Positions 55,972-64,000 of a stretch of 64,000 nt of DNA are shown in pieces. The DNA comes from Candidatus Harrisonbacteria bacterium (lineage in GTDB: Bacteria; Patescibacteriota; Minisyncoccia; UBA6257; WO2-44-18), in contig JACOXP010000005.1 of the NCBI GenBank assembly GCA_016182295.1, positions 4,926 to 68,925 on the forward strand. Reading direction: 5' to 3'. The notes beneath the pieces were generated by a model. The model ran no database searches and was not told the origin of the DNA. It saw nothing but the letters and a program-made list of their open reading frames with translations. Both the position numbers and the translations under genes were made by a program. Positions within the stretch are counted from its first letter, which is position 1. The number at the start of each line of letters is the position of its first letter.

Positions 55972-57207
55972 ATGAAAAAAGTTGTTATCTGGGGCGTGTT
56001 TTTGGGCTTTGTTGCGGGGAATTTAGTTTTTATTGGTATTTCTGAAGCTAATTTTGGCTTTGGAAATCCTCCTACCTGGGTCAGTAACCAGCCCACTTAC
56101 TTTACAGTTCGCAGCGGCGACACTCTGCAATTCGAAGTTAAAGCCGTTGATTCTAATAATAAAACAATTACTTACGGAGTTGATCGGCTTCCGTTTGGAG
56201 CTACCCTTGAAAAATCCAGTGGCGCTTTTAAATGGACTCCCTCCACCGGCCAAATCGGTAACCATTATATGCAATTTAACGCCACCAATGGCGAGGGTTT
56301 CACTTACATTACCATCAGCATTTCGGTAATTAAGGCGTCTCCTGATACCAGCTCAACTCAGGTTACTATCACTCCAAGCGTTACTCCGGTCCCCAATTAC
56401 AACAGCGCGCCGTTTTTCGTCGGATTTAACCCGTCAACTATCGGGCAGGTTAATCAGCTTTATACTTTTGACGTAAACGCCAGTGACGTTAACAACGATT
56501 TTCTTACTTATCTTTTGCTGACTTCTCCGAACGGAATGTTTATAAATCGAACCACTGGCTATATCGCCTGGGTTCCTGTCACGGAACAAGTCGGTTTGAA
56601 CACTGTTACCGTCGGGGTTTCTGATGGGAAAACCACTACTTCCCAAAGTTATCAAGTTCAGGTTTCCGCCGCGGAAATTTTACCGCCTCCCCCGGTCGTA
56701 ACTATTACACCCCCCGTTTCTTCTCCGATTAATGAACGGCCAGCTGAAACTAAATTAATAATTTCCAATTTAAAAATTGAAAGCGGTGAAAACGGCGAAG
56801 TCATTGTTTCTTGGACAACTAATATTCCGTCTCGCGAGCGAGTAATTTGGGGCAAAGAATCTCAAACGGATCGCGCCAATAATATCTATAATTACCAAAA
56901 CGCCACCCAGGAATCTACTTCTCTCGCCACCGAACATCGAGTAAACATCGGCGCGATCGATCAGGAAATAATTTATTATCTTCGCGCGGTAGCTAAAACT
57001 GATCGGCAAATCGCCATCAGTCGGGAAATCGCTTTTGTTCAGTTGGATGAAGGCCGCGTCGTGGGAAATTTTGGAGTCGCCAATCTTTTCGCCTTTCTTG
57101 GAGATCTAATCGCCAGTCCGCTTTTCCTTTTCTTGCTGGTTCTGGCTTTGATAATAATGGTCTATCTCCAGAAACGGAAAATTAAACGCTTAAACTCTCC
57201 CCTCTAA
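55972..57207 (+). CDS. Secreted, C-terminally anchored protein with tandem Ig-like (putative Ig / cadherin-like) domains
   Basis: 411 aa; signal peptide; repeated ~90-aa beta-rich modules (YTFDVNASD..., TVTVGVSDGKTT...); C-terminal TM followed by basic residues. Confidence 0.45.
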   Translation: MKKVVIWGVFLGFVAGNLVFIGISEANFGFGNPPTWVSNQPTYFTVRSGDTLQFEVKAVDSNNKTITYGVDRLPFGATLEKSSGAFKWTPSTGQIGNHYMQFNATNGEGFTYITISISVIKASPDTSSTQVTITPSVTPVPNYNSAPFFVGFNPSTIGQVNQLYTFDVNASDVNNDFLTYLLLTSPNGMFINRTTGYIAWVPVTEQVGLNTVTVGVSDGKTTTSQSYQVQVSAAEILPPPPVVTITPPVSSPINERPAETKLIISNLKIESGENGEVIVSWTTNIPSRERVIWGKESQTDRANNIYNYQNATQESTSLATEHRVNIGAIDQEIIYYLRAVAKTDRQIAISREIAFVQLDEGRVVGNFGVANLFAFLGDLIASPLFLFLLVLALIIMVYLQKRKIKRLNSPL

Positions 57208-57213
57208 CGCGTT

Positions 57214-57243
57214 AAAACTCCCGTCTTGCTAGACGGGAGTTTT
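57214..57243 (+). terminator. Rho-independent terminator after the Ig-like protein gene
   Basis: ctcccgtc-ttgcta-gacgggag hairpin followed by tttt. Confidence 0.6.
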
Positions 57244-57366
57244 AATTTACAATTAGAAAGACCGGTGCTTAAAAAAGTTGAGATTAAAAAACAAATAAAA
57301 CCAGGCGAATTTCTTAAATTCGTTCCCCCGCGACAAAAGACGGAGCTTTTGCGAGCCGTCAAAAAA

Positions 57367-58518
57367 ATGCGCGGCAAAAGAGTGGTTCATATAAACGCCA
57401 CCAGCGTTGGCGGTGGCGTGGCCGAGCTTCTCCAAAGTTTGATTCCCTATCTTCGCTCTCTGGGCATCCAAAGTGATTGGTACGTTATTGACCCAAAAGC
57501 CGGCAGCAAATTTTTTACCACCACTAATAAAATCCATAACGCGCTTCAGGGAGCGGCCATTAAATTTTCCAAAAGTGAGTGGTCAAATTACGAAAGAGTA
57601 AATCGTCTCATTGCCGAGGATTTGGAAAAAATCGACTGCGACGTAATTGTGATTAACGATCCCCAGCCACTTCTTTCCGGATTTCTTGCTCATCGCAATA
57701 AACACAAAATTTATTTTAGCCATATTGACACTTCTTCCGCCTATCCCCGCGCTTGGAAGAAAGTGGAGCCGATTATCAGCAGTTATCACCGAATTGTTTT
57801 CAGCAATCGGGATTTCGTTCACGGCAGTTTACCGAAACAACGAATTAAAGTTTTTACTCCGGCGATCGATCCGCTCGCTCCAAAACAAACTATTGTCCCG
57901 AAAAACAAAGCCCGCGCTTATCTTAAAAAACACGGCGGCATACCGATAAATTGCCCGTTGATAGTTCAAGTATCACGATTTGATATTTGGAAAAACCCCC
58001 TGGGTGTTATTCAGGCCTTCCGTTTGGTTCAGCAAACTTATCCGGAAGCTCGCTTAGCTCTCGTTGGCTTCAACGAAGCTAAGGATAATCCGGCGGCGGA
58101 AGCGGTTTATAAAGACATTGAGGCGGTGGCGAAAAAAGACCCGAAAAGTTTTTTATTTTTTAATCCTAAAGGAAAAAACGTCTCTGAATTTACAGTTATG
58201 GCGCAGAATGCCGCCGATGTTATGGTGCAAAATTCCACCAAAGAGGGTTTTGGATTAGTAGTTTCGGAAGCGATGTGGAAACGCCAGCCGGTAATCGGCG
58301 GACCGGCTTCCGGAGTGCGAGCGCAGGTTAAAAACGGAAAAAACGGATTTATTGTAAAAACTCCGGAACAGTTGGCTCAAAAAATAATTTGGATGCTTAG
58401 GAATCCGGTCGCTAAAAAGAGGATGGGTGAAACCGCTCGTAGAGTTGTGGCCGAGCAATTTCTTTTTCCAAGATTGTTACTTGACCACCTTAAGCTTTAT
58501 CAATCCTGCCTGCGGTAA
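57367..58518 (+). CDS. GT4-family (GT-B) glycosyltransferase
   Basis: Start placed at the internal Met (MRGKRVVHINATSVGGG). The longer ORF from 57226 would begin inside the upstream terminator hairpin. C-terminal EGFGLVVSEAM motif. Confidence 0.65.
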   Translation: MRGKRVVHINATSVGGGVAELLQSLIPYLRSLGIQSDWYVIDPKAGSKFFTTTNKIHNALQGAAIKFSKSEWSNYERVNRLIAEDLEKIDCDVIVINDPQPLLSGFLAHRNKHKIYFSHIDTSSAYPRAWKKVEPIISSYHRIVFSNRDFVHGSLPKQRIKVFTPAIDPLAPKQTIVPKNKARAYLKKHGGIPINCPLIVQVSRFDIWKNPLGVIQAFRLVQQTYPEARLALVGFNEAKDNPAAEAVYKDIEAVAKKDPKSFLFFNPKGKNVSEFTVMAQNAADVMVQNSTKEGFGLVVSEAMWKRQPVIGGPASGVRAQVKNGKNGFIVKTPEQLAQKIIWMLRNPVAKKRMGETARRVVAEQFLFPRLLLDHLKLYQSCLR

Positions 58519-58542
58519 TTTTAATTTTGCTATAATTGGCCT

Positions 58543-59010
58543 ATGGCAGAAAATCCTCCTTCGCCGACCGAAAAAAAGACCAAAGAAGTGGTAGAAAAGG
58601 CGGCTGAGAAACTCCAAATTCCGTTGCCAACCGGCCGCGGCCCGCTGATTTTAAAATTAATAGCTCTTTTGAATTTGGCCGGCGGCCTTGGCATCACCGG
58701 CAGCGTACTTGCCGACGTGGCAACTACCGAAATGGTTAATATAGTCGTTTATCTAGTTCGCCTGCTAGTCGGTCTTTTAGCGATAGCGGTCGCTTACGGA
58801 ATTATCCAGAAAAAGCTTTGGTCACCCTGGCTTTACGCGGGCGTTGTTTTGATTGGTTTATTCACCAATCCGCTTTTAGCCATCGTTCCAGCGATAGTAA
58901 CAATCTATATTTTTACTCAACGAGATTACTTCGGACTCCCACCGTTTAAAGAACAGGTGGCGCGAATTCAAAGATGGATTAAAAATCTCTTTTCTAGTAA
59001 AGGGCTTTGA
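58543..59010 (+). CDS. Membrane protein (hypothetical)
   Basis: 155 aa; three or four TM helices. Confidence 0.3.
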   Translation: MAENPPSPTEKKTKEVVEKAAEKLQIPLPTGRGPLILKLIALLNLAGGLGITGSVLADVATTEMVNIVVYLVRLLVGLLAIAVAYGIIQKKLWSPWLYAGVVLIGLFTNPLLAIVPAIVTIYIFTQRDYFGLPPFKEQVARIQRWIKNLFSSKGL

Positions 59011-59767
59011 TTCCGGCTATATCTCCGGCGTTAAGGTCCCGCTTTTTAATTTCTCCTTCGGAAGCAAAACGAAACATGGTTTCTTCGACACAAGAGTCGG
59101 AAGGATGGCCCATTCCCGCGGCGTGGCCAACTTCGTGAACGGCAATATTAAGGAAGTCCATTTTGCCAGCAACTCCGGAAGCGTCAACGCTCCAGCTAAA
59201 ATCCACGTCGTCAAAAACCATATCCCATTCCACTAATTCTCTTTGAAACGGCGGGCCACTGAATATTCCCCAAACGATAGTGACCGCGATCGCGCCTGGA
59301 TCAGAAACATTAGCAAAAAGAAACTCATTTTTACCGTCGGGGGCGATGAAATCGGCTCCGTCAACAACACCGATGGATTCGACTCCAAAGATATCGGCGG
59401 CAACCTCTGAATCCCATGTTTCCAAAGCGGTGGAAAGAAGACTGTGAACGCTTGAACTAGCTAGTCCTTGGGTGTTAGAAGAATCAACTAAATAATCTTC
59501 GGTGAGCTTCCAATTGGCTCCTTTGGATAAATAAGCGTAACAGGTGGAACCGGCCTCGCCTCCGGGCCCCCCGGTATGATTAGGTCGGTGATGATAACCG
59601 CGTTTATAGTGGATAATTTTAAAACCCTCGACTTTTTTACCGGTTTGGCGATCGAACGCTTCGCCCAGCGGAACTATGACCGAATGGTCCACGTCCGGCT
59701 TAGCAAACGCCGGCGCTACTGAGATCGCAACCGCGACCGTAACTATTAAAGAAATTATTTTATTCAT
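58994..59767 (-). CDS. Secreted zinc metalloprotease of the metzincin type (HExxHxxGxxH)
   Basis: 257 aa; signal peptide; HEVGHAAGMGH zinc-binding motif. Confidence 0.7.
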   Translation of the reverse strand: MNKIISLIVTVAVAISVAPAFAKPDVDHSVIVPLGEAFDRQTGKKVEGFKIIHYKRGYHHRPNHTGGPGGEAGSTCYAYLSKGANWKLTEDYLVDSSNTQGLASSSVHSLLSTALETWDSEVAADIFGVESIGVVDGADFIAPDGKNEFLFANVSDPGAIAVTIVWGIFSGPPFQRELVEWDMVFDDVDFSWSVDASGVAGKMDFLNIAVHEVGHAAGMGHPSDSCVEETMFRFASEGEIKKRDLNAGDIAGIKALY

Positions 59768-59801
59768 ATTAGTAAAGATTATAGCACATCAAATAGTTGT
59801 C

Positions 59802-59874
59802 AACCCCGCACCTATCCGAGACTCACGGCTCGTCACCTCGCCGAAGGCGGTAGTGGTCTCGGATAGGTGCGGGG
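59802..59874. repeat. Inverted repeat: 20-bp perfect GC-rich arms (59802-59821 / 59855-59874) around a 33-nt GC-rich loop
   Basis: ccccgcacctatccgagac / gtctcggataggtgcgggg. The loop contains a secondary cgcc-gaag-gcgg hairpin. Lies between the lexA-like stop and the metalloprotease start. Confidence 0.6.
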
Positions 59875-59892
59875 TCAACCTCCGCCCATCCA

Positions 59893-60528
59893 TTAATTTG
59901 ATTTTTTAATAACGTAAATCGCTTTGCCACTGACGTAATAGCTTTCGCTGGGATCTATATAGATCGGTGGGTAGCTATCAGTTGATTCGGCAAGAAGCAT
60001 AATAATTTTATTTTTAATATCCCGAAAGAATCGTTTGATATTCGCGACATTGTCGATAATGGAGAGCACGTAATCGCCGTTTTGGGGAGTTTTCTGCCTC
60101 GGATCGACAATAACAAAATCGCCCTCTTCGATACTGCGTCCGTTGATTTTAGCTCTGTTCATGGAATTACCGAATGCTCGAATCGCGAAAAAATCGCCAA
60201 TGGCCTTAAGCCCTAAAACTTTCCTAGAAATTTTCAAATATCCCTCGATGTTTTCCTGGGCAAAGATTCTAGCCGGACCGCAATTAGCCGCGCCGATGAT
60301 AGGAACTGACACAATGGACGATCCGTCGGATTTGCCCTGTTTGAGTACCGTTATCGCCTTAGCGTCCCAATTAATCGCGATTAGGCCTTTCTTTTCCAAT
60401 TGCAAAATATGATGCTTTATTTTTTGCGGATATTTTTCACCGACCATTTTGGCAATTTTGCGAAGACTGGTTTCGGAAAAATTTATCTTGCCAAGCAATT
60501 TATAAAGTTTAAGTTGTAAATCTTTCAT
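59893..60528 (-). CDS. LexA-like transcriptional repressor (S24 peptidase family)
   Basis: 211 aa; N-terminal wHTH; C-terminal S24 domain with the Ser motif GNSM and downstream Lys; Ala-Gly-like cleavage region GAANCG. Confidence 0.65.
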   Translation of the reverse strand: MKDLQLKLYKLLGKINFSETSLRKIAKMVGEKYPQKIKHHILQLEKKGLIAINWDAKAITVLKQGKSDGSSIVSVPIIGAANCGPARIFAQENIEGYLKISRKVLGLKAIGDFFAIRAFGNSMNRAKINGRSIEEGDFVIVDPRQKTPQNGDYVLSIIDNVANIKRFFRDIKNKIIMLLAESTDSYPPIYIDPSESYYVSGKAIYVIKKSN

Positions 60529-60651
60529 ATTTAAATTTTAGAACAGCCGTCGAGGGTGTCAAGTTTAGTTATCCACAGATTCATTCACAATCATACGCTA
60601 TTGACGGGGAAAGCGCTTTCCAGAATAGTATTTTCTCTGTACAATTTATCT

Positions 60652-61338
60652 ATGCCTCAAATTCCGAAATTTCTTTTTAAAAACGACACCCGCGATGATT
60701 TGGTGATCGCCCCGGCTCTTTTCATAATTGATGCCCAAAATTGCTTTATTAGTCCCAAAGGATCATACGGAGAAATGGGATTTGAAACAAAAAAGTATGA
60801 AACCGCGGTGCCGACAATGGCTAACGCCGTCAAAAAGGCCCGCCGACTGGGAATGCCGATTTTCTTTTCAAAGGCGGTGCGGGAGGCCTCTGGCCTTGAT
60901 AATTTGGACCGAGTCCATAAAATCCTCCCCAAAGCAAGAAGAGAACGTATTCGCCGCACCCCGCTTTGTGTAAGGGGGACGTGGGACAGCGAGATAATCA
61001 AGGAAATCACCGCCGACCCCCAAAAAGATTACATAGTGGAAAAACGACGGGATTCCGCTTTTTATGGAACGGAGTTAGAGGTCTGGTTGAAAGCTCTGGG
61101 TATTGATACTTTGGTTTTTGCCGGAATAGACACCGCCATTTGCGTGGAGTCAACCCTTCGGGACGCTTTTAATGTAGGATATGACGTTATTCTTCTATCC
61201 GACGCTACCGCTTCTCTCAATACCAGCCATTACAGCGGCACTCTGGAAAAAGTCGGCGCAAATTTCGGATTGGTTATGACGACGGATGCATTTTTCGCCA
61301 AATTGAAAAAAAATGAAGATAAGAAAGGCAACGGCTAG
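60652..61338 (+). CDS. Isochorismatase-family cysteine hydrolase
   Basis: Start at the internal Met MPQIPKF; LFIIDAQNCF, KAV and DTAICVEST catalytic-triad regions. Confidence 0.65.
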   Translation: MPQIPKFLFKNDTRDDLVIAPALFIIDAQNCFISPKGSYGEMGFETKKYETAVPTMANAVKKARRLGMPIFFSKAVREASGLDNLDRVHKILPKARRERIRRTPLCVRGTWDSEIIKEITADPQKDYIVEKRRDSAFYGTELEVWLKALGIDTLVFAGIDTAICVESTLRDAFNVGYDVILLSDATASLNTSHYSGTLEKVGANFGLVMTTDAFFAKLKKNEDKKGNG

Positions 61339-61771
61339 AGATACGTTGGCGATTATCGCTTTAATGAAACAATTAATCGACGAACATCGCCGATCGGATA
61401 AATACTATAAGCCGTTTTCTTTATATCGGGGATTGCCGGAATATGTCCAAAAAGCAATCCGCGACTCAAAAAAACTTTTACTCACGGCGGAAATGGATAA
61501 GAAAATTGTCGGTTACCTGCTAGTCGCCATAGAGCCGGCCCCGTTTTATTCGTCAGAGAAAAAAATCGGCGTCATCGCGGACACCGTTGTTTCTAAAAAA
61601 TATCGCCGTCAAGGTATCTTGAAAAAAATGTTTCTTCAAGCTCAAAAATGGCTTCGCGGCAAAAAAATCCGCTATTTTGAGTTATCAGTCGACGCCCGCA
61701 ATAAAAGCGCCGTAAGGTCCTGGAAAAAACTAGGGTTTTCGAACTACAAACTGCGTCTTCGCAAGGCGTAG
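61313..61771 (+). CDS. GNAT family N-acetyltransferase
   Basis: 152 aa; motif A RRQGILKKMF; 26-nt overlap with the upstream gene. Confidence 0.65.
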   Translation: MKIRKATARDTLAIIALMKQLIDEHRRSDKYYKPFSLYRGLPEYVQKAIRDSKKLLLTAEMDKKIVGYLLVAIEPAPFYSSEKKIGVIADTVVSKKYRRQGILKKMFLQAQKWLRGKKIRYFELSVDARNKSAVRSWKKLGFSNYKLRLRKA

Positions 61772-62886
61772 CCACGCAAATGCCTGAAGGCCTTGGCTTG
61801 TCTTATAATCACTTCTTCGATCCTCGCTTGGGATAACTTGGCAACGTGGTGATAAAAAGTCATAAAACGAACAAGTAGCAAGGCTCTCAAAACCGCCAAC
61901 TCTCTTGCCTTAAGCGGTTGGTTTTTATTTAAAAATTCATAGATAATTTGGGCCCAAAGCTCCGAAGAAAGATGGAAATTCTTTCCAGAAACAATTTTTG
62001 CTCCATCAAACATTGTTTCTATTTCTTTTTTATTCGCCTTGTATTCTTTTAACGCTTCTTTTTTCATTTTTTTGTAATTAAAATAAAGTTCCGGGGGCGG
62101 CGGCAAAAGATCCGGCATATGAAAAATTTTGGTAGCTCCGGTTTTTAAGTTTCTTTTTTGCCAATAACGCCGGTTTTTCGCCAATTGGCGAAAAAGAGAA
62201 TCCGCCACTTCAATTATCATATTGTGAAGTTTCGGCGCCGACGGCTTATGGGATTTTATTCCAAGAAAAGTTTCCGCGAAACGGCAATTGCTAAAAATGC
62301 TCTGGGTAACCATATAAATATCCACGCCGTATTTATAAGCGCTCGGATACCATTTGTTTTTCAAGAAAGCTTTATAAGCTTTTGGCGAAACCGCTATTTC
62401 ACCGGCCAACGGCTGTCGAAGATTTCGCAAAAGAAGACCATAAAGAACCGGGAAAATAAAATGATTGGTAATAGCGCCGTCGAATTTATTACGAAGGTAA
62501 ACAGGTAAAACGTGATCATATCCTTTTAAAACGGGATCGATCAGCCGCTTGACCCATTCCGGCGAAGCGCTTTTAACATCCCCGTCAATAAAAGCGACCG
62601 CGCGGGCTTTATTTCTTTTAGCGTAACGAAAAACCTCCAAAAGATTAGCGCCCTTTCCTTGATGATCGTCGGATTGTTTAGCCGTGGATATATACACTTT
62701 TTTGGACTCTGTTGAGGTTTGTAAAAAAGCGCCCTTGGTATCGTCTTTTGAGCGACTGTCGGCGTTAATAATAATAGTTTCGTAATTTTTAAAATATCGG
62801 CGCAACCCTTTATCAATGATTACCGTGAGTGATTTGATATTGTCGGCCTCGTTTAAAGTAGGTATGCCAAAAACGATTTTTTGCAT
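61744..62886 (-). CDS. GT2-like glycosyltransferase (GT-A fold) with C-terminal extension
   Basis: 380 aa; FGIPTLNEADNI, IINADSRSKDDT, AFIDGD (DxD) motifs. Confidence 0.5.
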   Translation of the reverse strand: MQKIVFGIPTLNEADNIKSLTVIIDKGLRRYFKNYETIIINADSRSKDDTKGAFLQTSTESKKVYISTAKQSDDHQGKGANLLEVFRYAKRNKARAVAFIDGDVKSASPEWVKRLIDPVLKGYDHVLPVYLRNKFDGAITNHFIFPVLYGLLLRNLRQPLAGEIAVSPKAYKAFLKNKWYPSAYKYGVDIYMVTQSIFSNCRFAETFLGIKSHKPSAPKLHNMIIEVADSLFRQLAKNRRYWQKRNLKTGATKIFHMPDLLPPPPELYFNYKKMKKEALKEYKANKKEIETMFDGAKIVSGKNFHLSSELWAQIIYEFLNKNQPLKARELAVLRALLLVRFMTFYHHVAKLSQARIEEVIIRQAKAFRHLRGYALRRRSL

Positions 62887-62900
62887 ATTACTTTATATTA

Positions 62901-62938
62901 TCAAAAACCCCCGGACAAAAGACCAGGGGGGTTTTTGA
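62901..62938. terminator. Bidirectional intrinsic terminator (aaaaaccccc...ggggggttttt)
   Basis: GC hairpin flanked by A- and T-runs between the DUF378 gene stop and the GT2 gene start. Confidence 0.5.
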
Positions 62939-62952
62939 TAAAAGGTGAACGC

Positions 62953-63225
62953 CTAGGCAGATTGCCCGCCTTTTACGCATTCCTTGCAGCGCTTTTTGTG
63001 CGAAGCAAGCTCGTAAAGAGCCGAAACGCCAACTAAAATATAGATGATTTTAGAAACGGTCGCTTCCATTCCGCCAAAAAGTTGGCCGATTTCCCAATTG
63101 AAAAGGGCTAAAACCAGCCAATTCAATCCACCGACGACTAGAAGTAAAAATGCAATTTTGTGCATAGAATTTTTATATGATGTTTGGTTTTTCGACCTTT
63201 TTATCGGTTTTATATAATTATACAT
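62953..63225 (-). CDS. DUF378-family small membrane protein
   Basis: 90 aa; MHKIAFLLLVVGGLNWLVLALF... two TM helices typical of DUF378. Confidence 0.55.
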   Translation of the reverse strand: MYNYIKPIKRSKNQTSYKNSMHKIAFLLLVVGGLNWLVLALFNWEIGQLFGGMEATVSKIIYILVGVSALYELASHKKRCKECVKGGQSA

Positions 63226-63245
63226 TGAGTTATAATTTGAACATA

Positions 63246-63944
63246 ATGACTATCCACAGGGAGAAACACATTTTGCTGGGTAGATACCTTAAAGATATCG
63301 TTTTTGCCGCCAATGACGGCATTGTGACCACTTTCGCGGTCGTCGCGGGAGTAGTTGGAGCGGCTCTTTCGCCGGTTGTTATCCTAATTATTGGTTTCGC
63401 GAGCTTAATCGCCGATGGCTTTTCAATGGCTACCGGAAATTACCTCGGCAGTAAATCGGAAAAGGAGTTTTATCTTAAAGAAGAAGCCGTAGAAAAACGG
63501 GAAATTAAGGAAATTCCGGAAAAAGAATTGGAGGAAATCAGACGCATTCTTAAGCGTAAAGGATATGATGGAAAAAATTTGGAAGAAATGGTCCGGTTGA
63601 TTTCTTCAAACGAAAAATACTGGCTGGATTTTATGATGCATGAAGAAATCGGCCTGCTTACCCCGGAAGCTTACTCGCCTTTTGTAAGCGCAACCGCGAC
63701 CTTTGTCTCATTTATAGCCGCCGGCAGTCTGCCTTTATGGCCGTATGTGATATTCGGAGGCGATTCGGTTTTTACAATATCAGCGGTGGCCACCGGAGTA
63801 ACGCTTTTTATCGTTGGCGCCTTGAGGAAATTTTTTTCCAATCGCTCCTGGTTCGCTTCGGGAGTGGAAATGCTTTTAGTCGGCGGATCCGCGGCAACGC
63901 TTGCTTATTTTGCCGGTTTTTTCTTGCAATCTCTATTAAGTTAA
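63246..63944 (+). CDS. VIT1/CCC1-family iron/manganese transporter
   Basis: Start at the internal Met MTIHREKH; ANDGIVTTFAVVAGV N-terminal motif; C-terminal TM bundle. Confidence 0.65.
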   Translation: MTIHREKHILLGRYLKDIVFAANDGIVTTFAVVAGVVGAALSPVVILIIGFASLIADGFSMATGNYLGSKSEKEFYLKEEAVEKREIKEIPEKELEEIRRILKRKGYDGKNLEEMVRLISSNEKYWLDFMMHEEIGLLTPEAYSPFVSATATFVSFIAAGSLPLWPYVIFGGDSVFTISAVATGVTLFIVGALRKFFSNRSWFASGVEMLLVGGSAATLAYFAGFFLQSLLS

Positions 63945-64000
63945 ACCGCGTTGGCAATTTTTTTCCAAGTAAAGTGTTCGTAAACCCCAGACCATAAAAA

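Noticed and set aside
1-64000. CRISPR arrays, cas genes, restriction-modification, toxin-antitoxin or other named defence systems
   Set aside because: No regularly spaced direct repeats and no Cas, methyltransferase, endonuclease or TA hallmark motifs were seen on either strand.
1-64000. Alternative genetic code (UGA recoding, as in some CPR lineages)
   Set aside because: Long housekeeping ORFs are intact under the standard code. An RF2-type release factor with the SPF motif is present, consistent with UGA being a stop.

Overview
Low-GC (about 40% by eye), tightly packed bacterial chromosome segment. The gene content and architecture look like a Candidate Phyla Radiation / Patescibacteria (Parcubacteria-like) genome: small proteins, minimal versions of housekeeping genes, and many glycosyltransferases and surface proteins. 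The standard genetic code appears to be in use (full-length ORFs; an RF2 homolog is present).

Recognisable housekeeping genes:
- Chromosome and replication: scpB (partial), scpA, dnaX, dnaB, recR.
- Translation and tRNA: rpmA, rplI, rplU, def, fmt, lepA, efp, aspS-like, cysS, mnmA, and a truncated prfB.
- Other core functions: rnhA, nrnA-like, pgk, NDH-2, ctpA, thpR, sodA, ftsE, ftsX, ftsB-like, ndk, comEC (two ORFs), secD, secF, grpE, dnaK, dnaJ, corA-like.
- RNA genes: RNase P RNA (rnpB, minus strand about 8566-8911), tRNA-Gln(CTG), tRNA-Gln(TTG), tRNA-Thr(CGT), tRNA-Gly(CCC), tRNA-Lys(TTT).

Accessory or unusual content:
1. A composite tRNA-Gln locus (3923-4353). The 5' and 3' ends of a tRNA-Gln are separated by about 360 nt of GC-rich, stem-rich sequence that carries a complete nested tRNA-Gln(CTG).
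2. A tandem pair of GT-C-fold membrane glycosyltransferase paralogs plus a Dpm1-like GT2, suggesting a polyprenol-phosphate-sugar dependent glycosylation module.
3. A P-loop ATPase (VirD4/HerA-like), a membrane protein and a sigma-region-4/HARE-HTH protein clustered near comEC.
4. A compositionally foreign GC-rich two-gene islet inserted between secD and tRNA-Lys.
5. A higher-GC cluster of a beta-rich secreted protein and two fibre-like surface paralogs.
6. An ECF sigma/anti-sigma pair.
7. A 20-bp perfect inverted repeat with a GC-rich loop next to a LexA-like repressor.

No CRISPR array, transposase, integrase or rRNA gene was seen.
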